Positions 1 to 8,794 of a stretch of DNA of 32,000 nucleotides are shown piece by piece. Position 1 is the stretch's first letter. The number at the start of each line of letters is the position of its first letter. A program made the translations under genes and the position numbers. The DNA is from Breznakia sp. PF5-3 (GTDB taxonomy: Bacteria > Bacillota_I > Bacilli_A > Erysipelotrichales > Erysipelotrichaceae). The notes under the pieces are model-generated. The model was given only the letters and a program-made list of their open reading frames with translations. It was not told the DNA's origin and made no database searches. The DNA lies in assembly GCF_029504745.1 (NCBI RefSeq), contig NZ_JAQFIQ010000003.1, positions 58,404 to 90,403 of the forward strand, written 5' to 3'.

Positions 1-745
1 TTTCTTCAAATAGTTGCTCATTGGATAGCGAAGCAGATGTTGAATCATTAACATCCATTTCTTCAAAATTATCATTTTCAAGCGCTTGTTGTTCAGCAAC
101 AAGTGTATCATTTACTGATTGGATAGGAGTCGTGTCCTTTACTTCGTCTATTACATTTATATCAGATGTTTCATCTTTTTCTACTTCAATAGGCTTTTCT
201 TGTAACAGGTTTTCTTGTGCCAATAGTTCTTGCACTTGTTTTGCAATTTCACGCGTTGTTGCCATAGCATCTTCATGATTGTTTTCATCATGATAAATTG
301 GTTTATCTTCAACTATGATTTCTTCTACTTGCTTATGTTCTGGTTCGATAAGAACATCTTTTTCTATATCTGTTGGTAGTACATCCTTTTCAGCTTCAAC
401 TTTTTCCATATATGAAGCCCGCTTTTCTCTTTGTTTTGCAGAGAGTTGCTGTAATATATCTAAGCGAGTATCTTCATTTTCACGAACTCCTTTTTTCATA
501 TTATATTCACGGACTTCTTGGATGAAACTATCCAAGTATTCGTTTTTAAATTCACCTGTTTCTTCAACAAGATGACTACTCTTAGTTTCTCTTTTGTGTG
601 ACGGAGAATATGTTTCCTCCATTTGATTTGAAGATTTTCTTTCCAACCCTTCAAGTGCTTGTTGCACAATTTCTTGATCATCATTTTTTTGATCAATTGA
701 ATTTCTTAAATCCTCATATTTTTTAACTCTAGAATTTTCACCCAT
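1..745 (-). CDS. hypothetical acidic low-complexity protein, N-terminal part (gene runs off the left edge)
   Basis: Absent from the ORF track because it has no stop in the window. Minus-strand ATG at 745 has GGAGG 7 nt upstream (753-757). I checked every codon in this frame down to position 2 and found no stop. It translates MGENSRVKKYEDLRNSIDQKNDDQEIVQQALEGLERK..., rich in E/D/K/Q. Plus-strand ORFs 21..278 and 315..575 are its antisense shadows. No family recognised. Confidence 0.5.
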   Translation of the reverse strand, partial: MGENSRVKKYEDLRNSIDQKNDDQEIVQQALEGLERKSSNQMEETYSPSHKRETKSSHLVEETGEFKNEYLDSFIQEVREYNMKKGVRENEDTRLDILQQLSAKQREKRASYMEKVEAEKDVLPTDIEKDVLIEPEHKQVEEIIVEDKPIYHDENNHEDAMATTREIAKQVQELLAQENLLQEKPIEVEKDETSDINVIDEVKDTTPIQSVNDTLVAEQQALENDNFEEMDVNDSTSASLSNEQLFEE

Positions 746-800
746 ATCGAAACCTCCATCTTTAACATTATACCAAAATCTATATGAAAAACCTACTAAA

Positions 801-834
801 TAAGAAAAAAACACTCTAGAAATAAGAGTGTTTT
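801..834 (-). terminator. rho-independent terminator of efp
   Basis: The arms aaaacactct (808-817) and agagtgtttt (825-834) are perfectly complementary with a 7-nt loop. On the minus strand the stem is followed by a T-run (complement of 801-810). It lies directly after the efp stop at 839. Confidence 0.7.
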
Positions 835-838
835 CTAA

Positions 839-1396
839 TTAAGCTCTTCCTGCGTATTTTCCATCCGATGTAGAAACTAAAATAACTTCATCTTGTCCAA
901 TAAATAATGGAACACGAACAGTATATCCAGTTTCTAAGACAGCATTTTTTTGTGCATTTGTTGCTGTGTCACCTTTTACTGCAGGCTCGCTTTCAACAAT
1001 TTGTAATGCCACTTTGTCTGGTAATAATAAACCTAAGATTTCTCCTTCAAACATGGTTAAGGTAACATTGTCATTTTCTTTTAGAAAATTCATTTCCCAT
1101 TCAATATTTGTTTTAGGAACTTCCACTTGTTCATAAGTTGATGTATCCATAAACATCAATGCTTCTCCTGCATCATATAAATATTGCATTTCTTTTTTAT
1201 CAATATGAGCTGGTTGAATTTTATCTCCACTTCCAAAGCTCAATTCAACATTTGATCCAGTACGTAAGTTTCTTACTTTTGCTTTGATTGTAGTTGCACT
1301 ACGTGCTGTTTTATTATGAGAATAATCTAAAACAACATAAATATTTCCTTCATGTTGAATTGTTACCCCTGGTTTTAGTTCGTTAGATTGTAACAT
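839..1396 (-). CDS. efp: translation elongation factor P
   Basis: 185 aa, full-length EF-P pattern (MLQSNELKPG..., KAKVRNLRTG, three-domain length). AAAGGAGA Shine-Dalgarno lies 6 nt upstream of the ATG. Confidence 0.95.
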   Translation of the reverse strand: MLQSNELKPGVTIQHEGNIYVVLDYSHNKTARSATTIKAKVRNLRTGSNVELSFGSGDKIQPAHIDKKEMQYLYDAGEALMFMDTSTYEQVEVPKTNIEWEMNFLKENDNVTLTMFEGEILGLLLPDKVALQIVESEPAVKGDTATNAQKNAVLETGYTVRVPLFIGQDEVILVSTSDGKYAGRA

Positions 1397-1420
1397 AAGT
1401 ATCTCCTTTTTTTCTCTTTA

Positions 1421-1448
1421 ATTGTAATAAAAATGTATAAATTGTCAA
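1421..1448 (-). promoter_or_regulatory. candidate sigma-A promoter for efp
   Basis: The minus strand reads TTGACA (1448-1443), a 16-nt spacer, then TACAAT (1426-1421). It sits about 25 nt upstream of the efp ATG, between the ffh stop codon (1459-1461) and the efp start. Confidence 0.4.
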
Positions 1449-1458
1449 TATTTGATGC

Positions 1459-2865
1459 TTATCGACGTTTTTTAAGTTTTGATTTGAACTTCTTTTTTCC
1501 ACCCATTTGCGGTTGCATCGCATTAGGATTAGCAAGTGCATTCATATCTGGCATAGAGCCATTTTGTTGCATTCTAGCCATTTGCACCATCATCTGTTTT
1601 GTTTTTTCAAATTGTGATAGCAATCGGTTTACATCACTTATTTGTGTTCCACTTCCCATAGCAATACGTTTTTTTCGACTTGAACGAATCACATCTGGAT
1701 GTTCTCTTTCATAAGCTGTCATACTTTGTAACATCGCTTTAGATGATTTTAATTTATTATCTGTTTTCAACTCATCCATATTTCCTGCCATTTGACCCAT
1801 TCCAGGAATCAATTTCATAATTTTTGATATTGAGCCCATTTTGTTAACTTGTTCTAATTGAACAAGCATATCATTTAAATCAAATTTTCCATCCATCATT
1901 CGTTGAGCACTTTTTTCAGCTGCATCTTTATCCATTTTGGCCTCAGCTTGCTCAATCAATGTCATAAGGTCACCCATACCTAGAATACGTTCAGCCATAC
2001 GATCAGGATAGAAAATATCTAAATCATCAATTTTCTCTCCTAAACCAACAAATTTTACTGGAACATTAGTAATAGCACGAACAGATAGGATTCCCCCACC
2101 ACGAGCATCACCATCAAGCTTTGTAAGAACCAATCCAGTAACATCAAGGCGCTCATGAAAAGATTGTGCAACATTTACAATATCTTGCCCTGTCATGGCA
2201 TCAACCGTTAATAAGATATCATCAGGTTTTACTACTTTCTTAATATCTTCTAATTCTTGCATTAATTGCTCATCGATATGTAAACGACCTGCTGTATCAA
2301 ACAATACAGTGTCATATGCATGATCTTTTGCGTACTGTAAAGCGTTTTTAGCAGTTGTAAGGGCATCGACTTCAATACCTTCGCTATAAACTTCTACATT
2401 AATTTCTTTTCCTAATGTTTGTAATTGTTCAATGGCAGCAGGACGAACAACATCACATGCAGCAAGTAAGATTTTTCGATTTTTCTTCTTTACTAAAACA
2501 TTTGATATTTTAGCAGATGCTGTTGTTTTCCCAGTCCCTTGAAGCCCTACCATCATGATTGTTGTGATTCCCTCTTCTTTAAAATTTAAAGGACTCTCAC
2601 TTTCACCTAATAAAGAAACAAGTTCATCGCGTACAACTTTTACAACCATCTGTGATGGGTCTAATGAATCCATCACTTCTGTTCCAAGAGCTTTTTCTTT
2701 GATATTAGCAATGAAATCTTTAACGACTTTATAATTAACATCAGCTTCCAAAAGTGACATTCGCACTTCTTTCAGCATATCATCCATATTTTTTTCTGAT
2801 AATTTTCCTTTACCAGTAATATTTTTAAACGCTTTATTTAAACGGTTTGTTAATGAATCAAACAT
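1459..2865 (-). CDS. ffh: signal recognition particle protein Ffh
   Basis: 468 aa. It has the N domain MFDSLTNRLNKAFKNITGKG, the G-domain P-loop GLQGTGKTT, DTAGR, and a Met-rich M domain with a basic tail. GAGAGGTGG SD upstream. Confidence 0.95.
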   Translation of the reverse strand: MFDSLTNRLNKAFKNITGKGKLSEKNMDDMLKEVRMSLLEADVNYKVVKDFIANIKEKALGTEVMDSLDPSQMVVKVVRDELVSLLGESESPLNFKEEGITTIMMVGLQGTGKTTASAKISNVLVKKKNRKILLAACDVVRPAAIEQLQTLGKEINVEVYSEGIEVDALTTAKNALQYAKDHAYDTVLFDTAGRLHIDEQLMQELEDIKKVVKPDDILLTVDAMTGQDIVNVAQSFHERLDVTGLVLTKLDGDARGGGILSVRAITNVPVKFVGLGEKIDDLDIFYPDRMAERILGMGDLMTLIEQAEAKMDKDAAEKSAQRMMDGKFDLNDMLVQLEQVNKMGSISKIMKLIPGMGQMAGNMDELKTDNKLKSSKAMLQSMTAYEREHPDVIRSSRKKRIAMGSGTQISDVNRLLSQFEKTKQMMVQMARMQQNGSMPDMNALANPNAMQPQMGGKKKFKSKLKKRR

Positions 2866-2943
2866 ATATATCCACCTCTCTCAAAGTAAAACTGCATTAG
2901 CATTATATCAAAAATATAAGAAAAATAATATCGTTTTTATGAT

Positions 2944-3735
2944 TTATCCTTGATAAGTATATAAAATAAAATGTATTGTGACATCAAAATTATTCACCAT
3001 GATAAGATTTTCTTTTGCACTTTTCGCTGTTTTAAAACTATATGGTGTCATTTCATACAAATTTAACAGCTCTTTATTTGTTAAAGAAAGTGTGTATTTT
3101 ATCTCTTTTGTATCTAAGACTGTAAATTCATTTAATTGTTTTTCTTCGTTTTTATATGCCTTTTCATATAATAAATCTTTTAACTCCCATAAGTGATCAC
3201 TACCTGGATCAACTTTGATAAGAATTCCCTCTTTTTTTAAAATTCGTTTGAATTCGTTTGTCGCACTAGGTGCAAAGATATTCAAAATCACATCAACAGA
3301 ATGATCATGAATTGGTAATTGAAAAATACTAGCTAAAAAATAATGAACTATATTGGTGCGTTTTGCTGCATAACGTAAAGCATTTTTACTCATATCAAAA
3401 GCATATAATTCACTGTTCAAATGTTCAGCAATGGTATTGGTATAATACCCTTCTCCACACCCAGCATCCACTATTATCTGAGGTTGTTTTTCTTTTAGCA
3501 ACTCAATAAGTGCATCTTGTAAAGGTTTATAATGATTGCATTCTAAAAAGGCACGACGTGCCTCTACCATACTTTTGCAATCACCACTGTGTTTGGAACT
3601 TTTTAATAGCAAATTCGTATATCCCTCTTTTGAGACATCAAAAGAATGCTTGTTTTCACAAATATATTGATGATCCCTTTTATTTAGTTTATGGTTGCAT
3701 ACAGGACAAATTAAGATATTAGAATAGGTCTTCAT
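2944..3735 (-). CDS. rlmA: 23S rRNA (guanine-N1)-methyltransferase, RlmA/RrmA family
   Basis: 263 aa. N-terminal zinc ribbon CPVC...ICENKH followed by SKEGYTNLL, then ARRAFL and the SAM motif VDAGCGEGYY. From memory this is colinear with E. coli RrmA. Confidence 0.8.
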   Translation of the reverse strand: MKTYSNILICPVCNHKLNKRDHQYICENKHSFDVSKEGYTNLLLKSSKHSGDCKSMVEARRAFLECNHYKPLQDALIELLKEKQPQIIVDAGCGEGYYTNTIAEHLNSELYAFDMSKNALRYAAKRTNIVHYFLASIFQLPIHDHSVDVILNIFAPSATNEFKRILKKEGILIKVDPGSDHLWELKDLLYEKAYKNEEKQLNEFTVLDTKEIKYTLSLTNKELLNLYEMTPYSFKTAKSAKENLIMVNNFDVTIHFILYTYQG

Positions 3736-4924
3736 AGTCCTGTTCTTTCTGATGATAAATATTTATTGATTCCATTTTTTGAATAGATAATTCAATTTCC
3801 TTTTTAAAATCAAATTTTTCTTCCATCCTTAAGACTTTATCAAGTTTTGGCTTAGTAGTAGGTTTTTTTGGTGTGAAAATAGTACAACAGTCTTCAAAAG
3901 GTTGAATAGAGATATCATAAGTGTCAATTTTTTGTGCAATATCAATGATTTCCAATTTATCCATACAAACAAGTGGACGTAAAACAGGAATATCTACAAC
4001 CTTTCCGATTACATCCATACTCTCTAAAGTTTGCGAAGCAACTTGACCAAGGCTTTCGCCATTTACAATTGCTAAACAATTTTGTTTTTTGGCGATATCT
4101 TGTGCAATTCGATACATCATTCTACGCATGATGGTAATCGCATAACTCTCATAAGCATTTTTATAAATGGCTAGTTGTAAATCAGTAAAAGGAATAATAT
4201 GAAGGCGAATATGGCCTTGGAATCGAGCGATTTTCGAAGCCAATTCTTTCACTTTATCTAAGGCTTGCTGTGAAGTATAAGGCGGAGAAGCATAATGAAT
4301 ACATTCTATTGCAACGCCACGTTTCATCGCTTCATAGCAGGCTACTGGTGAATCAATTCCACCAGATAACATAACTAAAGTTTTTCCACTACTACCTACA
4401 GGATATCCACCTGCACCTTTGATACGATTGGTCATAATATATGTATAAAATTCCCTTACTTCTACTTGAATTCTCAAATCAGGTTTTTTCACATCAACTT
4501 TTAAATCTGTAGATTTTAAAATATCTGTAGCACATGCACGATTAATCTCATCACTTGAATACAAAAAAGCCTTGTGATGACGACGTGTATCCATTTTAAA
4601 GGTTTTACCTTCAAAATCTTTTGCTGCTTGCAAAGCAACAGCTTTGATTTCTTCCAAATCAGATTTTACTTTTATAGCTAAAGAAAATGAAGAAATACCA
4701 AATACATAAGACAGTTCCTCACAAACTTTTTCATGGTCTTCCCCATTTAATAAAATATATAATCGATCATGAGAACGTTCAAAAGATAGAGCAGAAAAAG
4801 GCTTTAAAATTCTTTTTAAATTACTCAAAAGTTGTTTGATAAAATCTTTTTTATTTTTTCCTTTGGTAGATAATTCACCAAAGCGAATTAAAATATATTC
4901 ATATTCTCTATGTTCTGTATTCAT
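3719..4924 (-). CDS. thiI: tRNA 4-thiouridine(8) synthase ThiI
   Basis: FGELSTKGKN (ferredoxin-like/THUMP N-terminus) and PP-loop SGGIDSPVA. I place the start at ATG 4924, 6 nt after AAAGGAGA. The track start at 4927 is a TTG only 3 nt from the SD. Confidence 0.9.
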   Translation of the reverse strand: MNTEHREYEYILIRFGELSTKGKNKKDFIKQLLSNLKRILKPFSALSFERSHDRLYILLNGEDHEKVCEELSYVFGISSFSLAIKVKSDLEEIKAVALQAAKDFEGKTFKMDTRRHHKAFLYSSDEINRACATDILKSTDLKVDVKKPDLRIQVEVREFYTYIMTNRIKGAGGYPVGSSGKTLVMLSGGIDSPVACYEAMKRGVAIECIHYASPPYTSQQALDKVKELASKIARFQGHIRLHIIPFTDLQLAIYKNAYESYAITIMRRMMYRIAQDIAKKQNCLAIVNGESLGQVASQTLESMDVIGKVVDIPVLRPLVCMDKLEIIDIAQKIDTYDISIQPFEDCCTIFTPKKPTTKPKLDKVLRMEEKFDFKKEIELSIQKMESINIYHQKEQDYEDLF

Positions 4925-6053
4925 CAATAATCTCCTTTATGCTTTTTAATAAAAATTGTATTTCGGCTTTTGTATTAAGATGAGATAAACTAACACGAAT
5001 TCCTCCAAGTGCACGTTGCTCATCATATCCCATTGCTAAGATTGTATGTGATGGCGTCCTTGTTCTCGATGAACAAGCACTTTGGGATGAAACAAAAATA
5101 TTACGTTGGTTTAATGCATTCATCATAATTTCACTATTTATGGAAAGACATGAAAAATTCAAAATATATGGGGTTCCACCAATAGAAGAGTTTAATACAA
5201 TATCATCAATTTCTTGTAGTCCTTCCCATAATAACTTCCATAATTCATTTACTTTAGTTGTGTGTTCAACTTGCCCATCCAAAGCCATACGAATTGTTTT
5301 AGCAGCAACAATAATAGCAGGAGCATTTAGTGTACCACCACGCAGCCCTTGTTCTTGTTGTCCACCATTAATTAACGGCAACAATTGAATGTTTTCTTTT
5401 TTTATTAATACTCCACAACCCTTCACCCCATAAATTTTATGTGTTGTGAAAGTAAATAAATCAATGTTCTTAAGTGAGAAAGCATGTTTACCAAGAATTT
5501 GAACTCCATCAGACATAAAAACAATTCTAGTGTTCTTTTTTAAGTGTTCGCCAATTGCTTCGATTTCTTGAATACTACCTACTTCGTTATTTACAGACAT
5601 TAAAGAAACCATAATTGTATCTTTTTGAATCGCTTGTTTAATCATATCCAAAGTAACATTACCTTTTTTGTTTACAGGTAAGTACGTAACTTGAAAACCA
5701 AATTCTTCTTCCAATTGTTTTAATGCATTTAAAACAGAAGAATGTTCCATTTTACTTGTGATAATATGGTTACCACGATGTTTGTTTTTTAAGGCAAAAC
5801 CTTTAATCGCAAAACTATTGGCTTCACTTGCTCCAGAAGTAAAAAAAACTTCACTTGGCAAGACACCTAATAATTTTGCGATTTTTTCTCTACTTGTTTC
5901 AACTAGTTTGTGGGTTTCTAAACCAATGCTATACATAGATTCAGGATTGACATAATATGTTTTCAACAATTTACAATAGGTCTCATAGATGGATTCATCA
6001 ATTGGTGTACAGGAAGCATAGTCAAAATAATAGCTATGATTGGGTTGCTTCAT
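4908..6053 (-). CDS. nifZ: cysteine desulfurase (class V aminotransferase, NifZ/IscS-like ThiI partner)
   Basis: 381 aa with a YFDYASCTP start, the PLP-lysine motif THKIYG and the active-site loop SSQSACSS. It lies immediately upstream of and overlapping thiI, as nifZ-thiI does in B. subtilis. Confidence 0.85.
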   Translation of the reverse strand: MKQPNHSYYFDYASCTPIDESIYETYCKLLKTYYVNPESMYSIGLETHKLVETSREKIAKLLGVLPSEVFFTSGASEANSFAIKGFALKNKHRGNHIITSKMEHSSVLNALKQLEEEFGFQVTYLPVNKKGNVTLDMIKQAIQKDTIMVSLMSVNNEVGSIQEIEAIGEHLKKNTRIVFMSDGVQILGKHAFSLKNIDLFTFTTHKIYGVKGCGVLIKKENIQLLPLINGGQQEQGLRGGTLNAPAIIVAAKTIRMALDGQVEHTTKVNELWKLLWEGLQEIDDIVLNSSIGGTPYILNFSCLSINSEIMMNALNQRNIFVSSQSACSSRTRTPSHTILAMGYDEQRALGGIRVSLSHLNTKAEIQFLLKSIKEIIDEYRT

Positions 6054-7845
6054 TGAAGTCTGCTCCTTTTTTTACTAAATTTTCATAAGCACCAGGATGT
6101 AATTTCTCAATAATTGACATGGCAATTTTTAATGATTTTGTATATTGTCCATTATTAAAGCATAATTCTGCACGTGTAAGTTCAGAATCCACTTCCATGT
6201 ATTCACTGCGGTATTTATTACCAAAGATAATAGCATTTTCTACCATAATAGCCATTCCAACAAGATTATTCACACTGTTGTAAAGTGTATAAATATAGTC
6301 AATACCTTCTTGAAGTTTAGCATTTAATAATTCTACATCAAGAGGTGTGTTATTGAGTACTTCTTTTATTTCAATAACATAGCAATTGGCCTTAATAATA
6401 TCATCATCATATTTTTCACTGATAGAAGGAAGATGGTTTTTGGCAATTTTAGTTCTTGTTTCATTAACTATCAACTGCAATTTAATTAGTTGTTGTTTTG
6501 CTCTTTCTTCATCGCTACAAGCATTATCTAAGCGTTCTGACATATCTTTCGCTTCATCTTCTAAACGTACTGTATCACTCGCTAACTCTTCGTAAGAAAG
6601 CAATAATGTAGAATAAGGAACACTGTTTTCACTAACTACCTTTTCCAAACGAAAACGTTGTTCATTTAAAGAATCTAGACTTTCATCTAAACCTGCTAAT
6701 TTTGCTGTCCAATTTTCAAAACCAAAACGTTTATGCACTTTATCATAAACCTCTTTGATTTTTTGGATTTTTTGATTTAATAACTTTATACGTTCAAATA
6801 AAATATTTACTTTTTCATGAATCGTAGCAAAGGCATGTAATTCTTTCTCAATATCATCCTTCATCTGTACGATACGAATTTCACAATCATCAATATCTTT
6901 ATCAATACTTGATAGTGTTCCTACACTCAACTTAGATAAAATATCACTTAGAAGTTCATTTACTACATCCAAATGTTTCTCGATTTCTAAGTGTTCTAAA
7001 TAAACTCCTTTTGCTTTTGATGAACTATACAAATATTGAAGTTCATCTACTGCACCAACAAGCGTTACCTTTACTTCTTCATAATATGGTGGTAATTTAT
7101 CTAATGCAACTTCAAAAGAATCTAGCTCACTTTGAATATCATTTTGCTTATCTGCAGCCTTATCAAATTCACTTGCGAACATCCACTCTTCAAAAACAGA
7201 GAACATGTCTTCTATATTTTTTAACAAGCCATCAAGATATTCCACACTTTGATGATAACTAGAGCGATTTTCATTCAATTGATTTTTTGCTTTTCTAAAA
7301 CGATCTTTTAATGTGTTGATATTTTCACGTTGTGTGTTTTCCTGTTTCAAGACCTCTTCTAACTTAGTATCTAACTCTGTAATTGCTTCTGTAGATTTTG
7401 CTACTACATCCATAATGGAATCAATTGCTTGGTTAGCCTTTTTGATTTTCTTACTATATACATAATCATCAATTTCAGCCAAAATAACACTATACTCTTT
7501 TAACAATTCCTGAGAATTTTCATATTCTTTTTGATATTCTTTTATGTTGTCTTCAAGCGCTTTATTAACTTTTGATAAAGCAACAGCTTTATTGAGCTTA
7601 AAAGATAAAGGAATACCCTTCAACTCTGTATATTTCAATTCAATTGCTGCTAATTCTTTTTTCGCTTTTCCAATCCTTGTAGATCTTATTACAAGTGTAA
7701 TTACAATAAGTACCACAATAATCAAACAACCAATTAAGATAATGTTCATAGTAACTTCCCTTTTCAATAAATTAATAAAATTTTCAATATCAAAAGCGCT
7801 ATATATTTGCGCTTTATTGCTAAATAAATGTAAAAAATTATCCAT
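6034..7845 (-). CDS. ezrA: septation ring formation regulator EzrA
   Basis: Single N-terminal TM (NIILIGCLIIVVLIVITLVI), a long coiled-coil body and the C-terminal FGNKYRS patch typical of EzrA. Neighbours are nifZ-thiI and rpsD, as in Bacillus. The start is ambiguous. ATG 7845 has a strong AAGAGGTG SD. ATG 7749 would give the canonical TM-at-N-terminus form of 571 aa. Confidence 0.85.
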   Translation of the reverse strand: MDNFLHLFSNKAQIYSAFDIENFINLLKREVTMNIILIGCLIIVVLIVITLVIRSTRIGKAKKELAAIELKYTELKGIPLSFKLNKAVALSKVNKALEDNIKEYQKEYENSQELLKEYSVILAEIDDYVYSKKIKKANQAIDSIMDVVAKSTEAITELDTKLEEVLKQENTQRENINTLKDRFRKAKNQLNENRSSYHQSVEYLDGLLKNIEDMFSVFEEWMFASEFDKAADKQNDIQSELDSFEVALDKLPPYYEEVKVTLVGAVDELQYLYSSSKAKGVYLEHLEIEKHLDVVNELLSDILSKLSVGTLSSIDKDIDDCEIRIVQMKDDIEKELHAFATIHEKVNILFERIKLLNQKIQKIKEVYDKVHKRFGFENWTAKLAGLDESLDSLNEQRFRLEKVVSENSVPYSTLLLSYEELASDTVRLEDEAKDMSERLDNACSDEERAKQQLIKLQLIVNETRTKIAKNHLPSISEKYDDDIIKANCYVIEIKEVLNNTPLDVELLNAKLQEGIDYIYTLYNSVNNLVGMAIMVENAIIFGNKYRSEYMEVDSELTRAELCFNNGQYTKSLKIAMSIIEKLHPGAYENLVKKGADFNEATQS

Positions 7846-7923
7846 ATCAACACCTCTTACAATATTGTATCATATTTTCCTCTGTTTTAAAGTATTATTT
7901 GCATGATGAAAAGACAAAAAACA

Positions 7924-7952
7924 TTGACAAACAAAAGTGCTTTTGCTATATT
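7924..7952 (+). promoter_or_regulatory. sigma-A promoter of rpsD
   Basis: TTGACA (7924-7929), a 17-nt spacer, then TATATT (7947-7952). This predicts a leader of about 175 nt before the rpsD ATG. Confidence 0.55.
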
Positions 7953-8135
7953 TAATAGGCATCATAAATAGCAGCATGCAAAGTCATATTAGTGTGCGTT
8001 AATAACGTTTTAGACGGGATAAGAGTAATTCGGCTGCCTTACATGAACGAAATTATCGTAAGTATTAACACCCTATCATGATGATTTGTACTGTTATTGT
8101 TTTGCATCTTGTAAAGCAATAAGGAGGAAATTAGT
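7953..8135 (+). promoter_or_regulatory. structured 5' leader of rpsD (candidate S4 autoregulatory element)
   Basis: Long untranslated region between the promoter and the AAGGAGG SD (8121-8127). Complementary segments: TAATTCG 8026-8032 with CGAAATTA 8048-8055; CTTAC in that loop (8038-8042) with GTAAG 8058-8062, a possible pseudoknot; ATGCAAA near 7975 with TTTGCAT 8100-8106, next to the SD. S4 autoregulation through an rpsD leader is established in B. subtilis. Confidence 0.4.
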
Positions 8136-8747
8136 ATGGCAAGAGTAACAAAACCAGTATTCAAGACGTCACGTCGTTTGAGTTTCTCTATCTTAGAAAG
8201 TGGAAAAGAATTTTCTAAAGGAAAACAACGTCAGTACGCTCCTGGACAACATGGTCCAACAAAAAGAATTAAATTAACAAACTATGGATTACAGTTAAGA
8301 GAAAAACAAAGACTTCGCTATATGTACCAAATGACAGAACGTCAATTCTATAATACATATAAGAAAGCAAGTAAGATGAAAGGAGTTACAGGTAATAACT
8401 TCCTATTCTTATTAGAATCAAGACTAGACAACCTTGTATATCGTATGGGGTTTGCATCAACTAGAAGAGGTGCACGTCAACTTGTTAACCACGGACATTT
8501 ATTAGTAGATGGAAAGAAAGTAGACATTCCTTCATACTCAGTAAAACCTGGACAAACAATCGAAGTAAAAGAAAAATCAAAAAACTTAGCAGTTATCAAC
8601 GAATCTTTAGATGCAGTATTTAAGGCTCCTGCATTTGTAGATGTAGATAAAGCAAAAAAAGCTGGTAAATATATTCGTCTTCCAGAGCGTAATGAATTAA
8701 ACTCTGAAATTAATGAATTATTGATTGTAGAATTCTACAACCGCTAA
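8136..8747 (+). CDS. rpsD: 30S ribosomal protein S4
   Basis: 203 aa. [15 protein letters not shown]..., YGLQLREKQ, and the S4 domain [29 protein letters not shown]. Strong SD. Confidence 0.97.
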   Translation: MARVTKPVFKTSRRLSFSILESGKEFSKGKQRQYAPGQHGPTKRIKLTNYGLQLREKQRLRYMYQMTERQFYNTYKKASKMKGVTGNNFLFLLESRLDNLVYRMGFASTRRGARQLVNHGHLLVDGKKVDIPSYSVKPGQTIEVKEKSKNLAVINESLDAVFKAPAFVDVDKAKKAGKYIRLPERNELNSEINELLIVEFYNR

Positions 8748-8755
8748 TCAGTGAA

Positions 8756-8790
8756 AAAAGCATTCATTTGAAAAATGAATGCTTTTCTTT
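8756..8790. terminator. bidirectional terminator between rpsD and ssb
   Basis: The arms aaaagcattcattt (8756-8769) and aaatgaatgctttt (8773-8786) are perfectly complementary. A-run and T-run flank the stem on both sides, and it lies between convergent genes. Confidence 0.7.
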
Positions 8791-8794
8791 TATC

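Noticed and set aside
21-575. Plus-strand ORFs 21..278 and 315..575 (85-86 aa, S/F/C-rich)
   Set aside because: They are antisense to a continuous minus-strand frame that has a proper SD and ATG at 745. Their composition is the mirror image of an E/D/K-rich coding strand, and neither has an SD.
496-696. Minus-strand ORF 496..696 (66 aa, MIKKMMIKK...)
   Set aside because: It is an out-of-frame overlap with the longer edge gene on the same strand, with lysine-rich junk composition and no SD.
1433-1714. Plus-strand ORF antisense to the 3' end of ffh
   Set aside because: It lies entirely within the well-supported ffh and has hydrophobic antisense-type composition.
2866-2943. Absence of a ylxM-like gene upstream of ffh
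   Set aside because: It was only noted. The 78-nt gap holds an extended -10 box (TGATATAAT, 2910-2902 on the minus strand) and an SD, so ffh simply has its own promoter. Nothing is hidden there.
2978-3722. Plus-strand ORFs 2978..3196 and 3510..3722 inside rlmA
   Set aside because: They are antisense shadows of a confidently identified methyltransferase gene.
5140-7906. Plus-strand ORFs 5140..5388, 5758..5955, 6386..6595, 7011..7262 and 7544..7906
   Set aside because: All are antisense to nifZ or ezrA. None has an SD, and none shows a recognisable motif.
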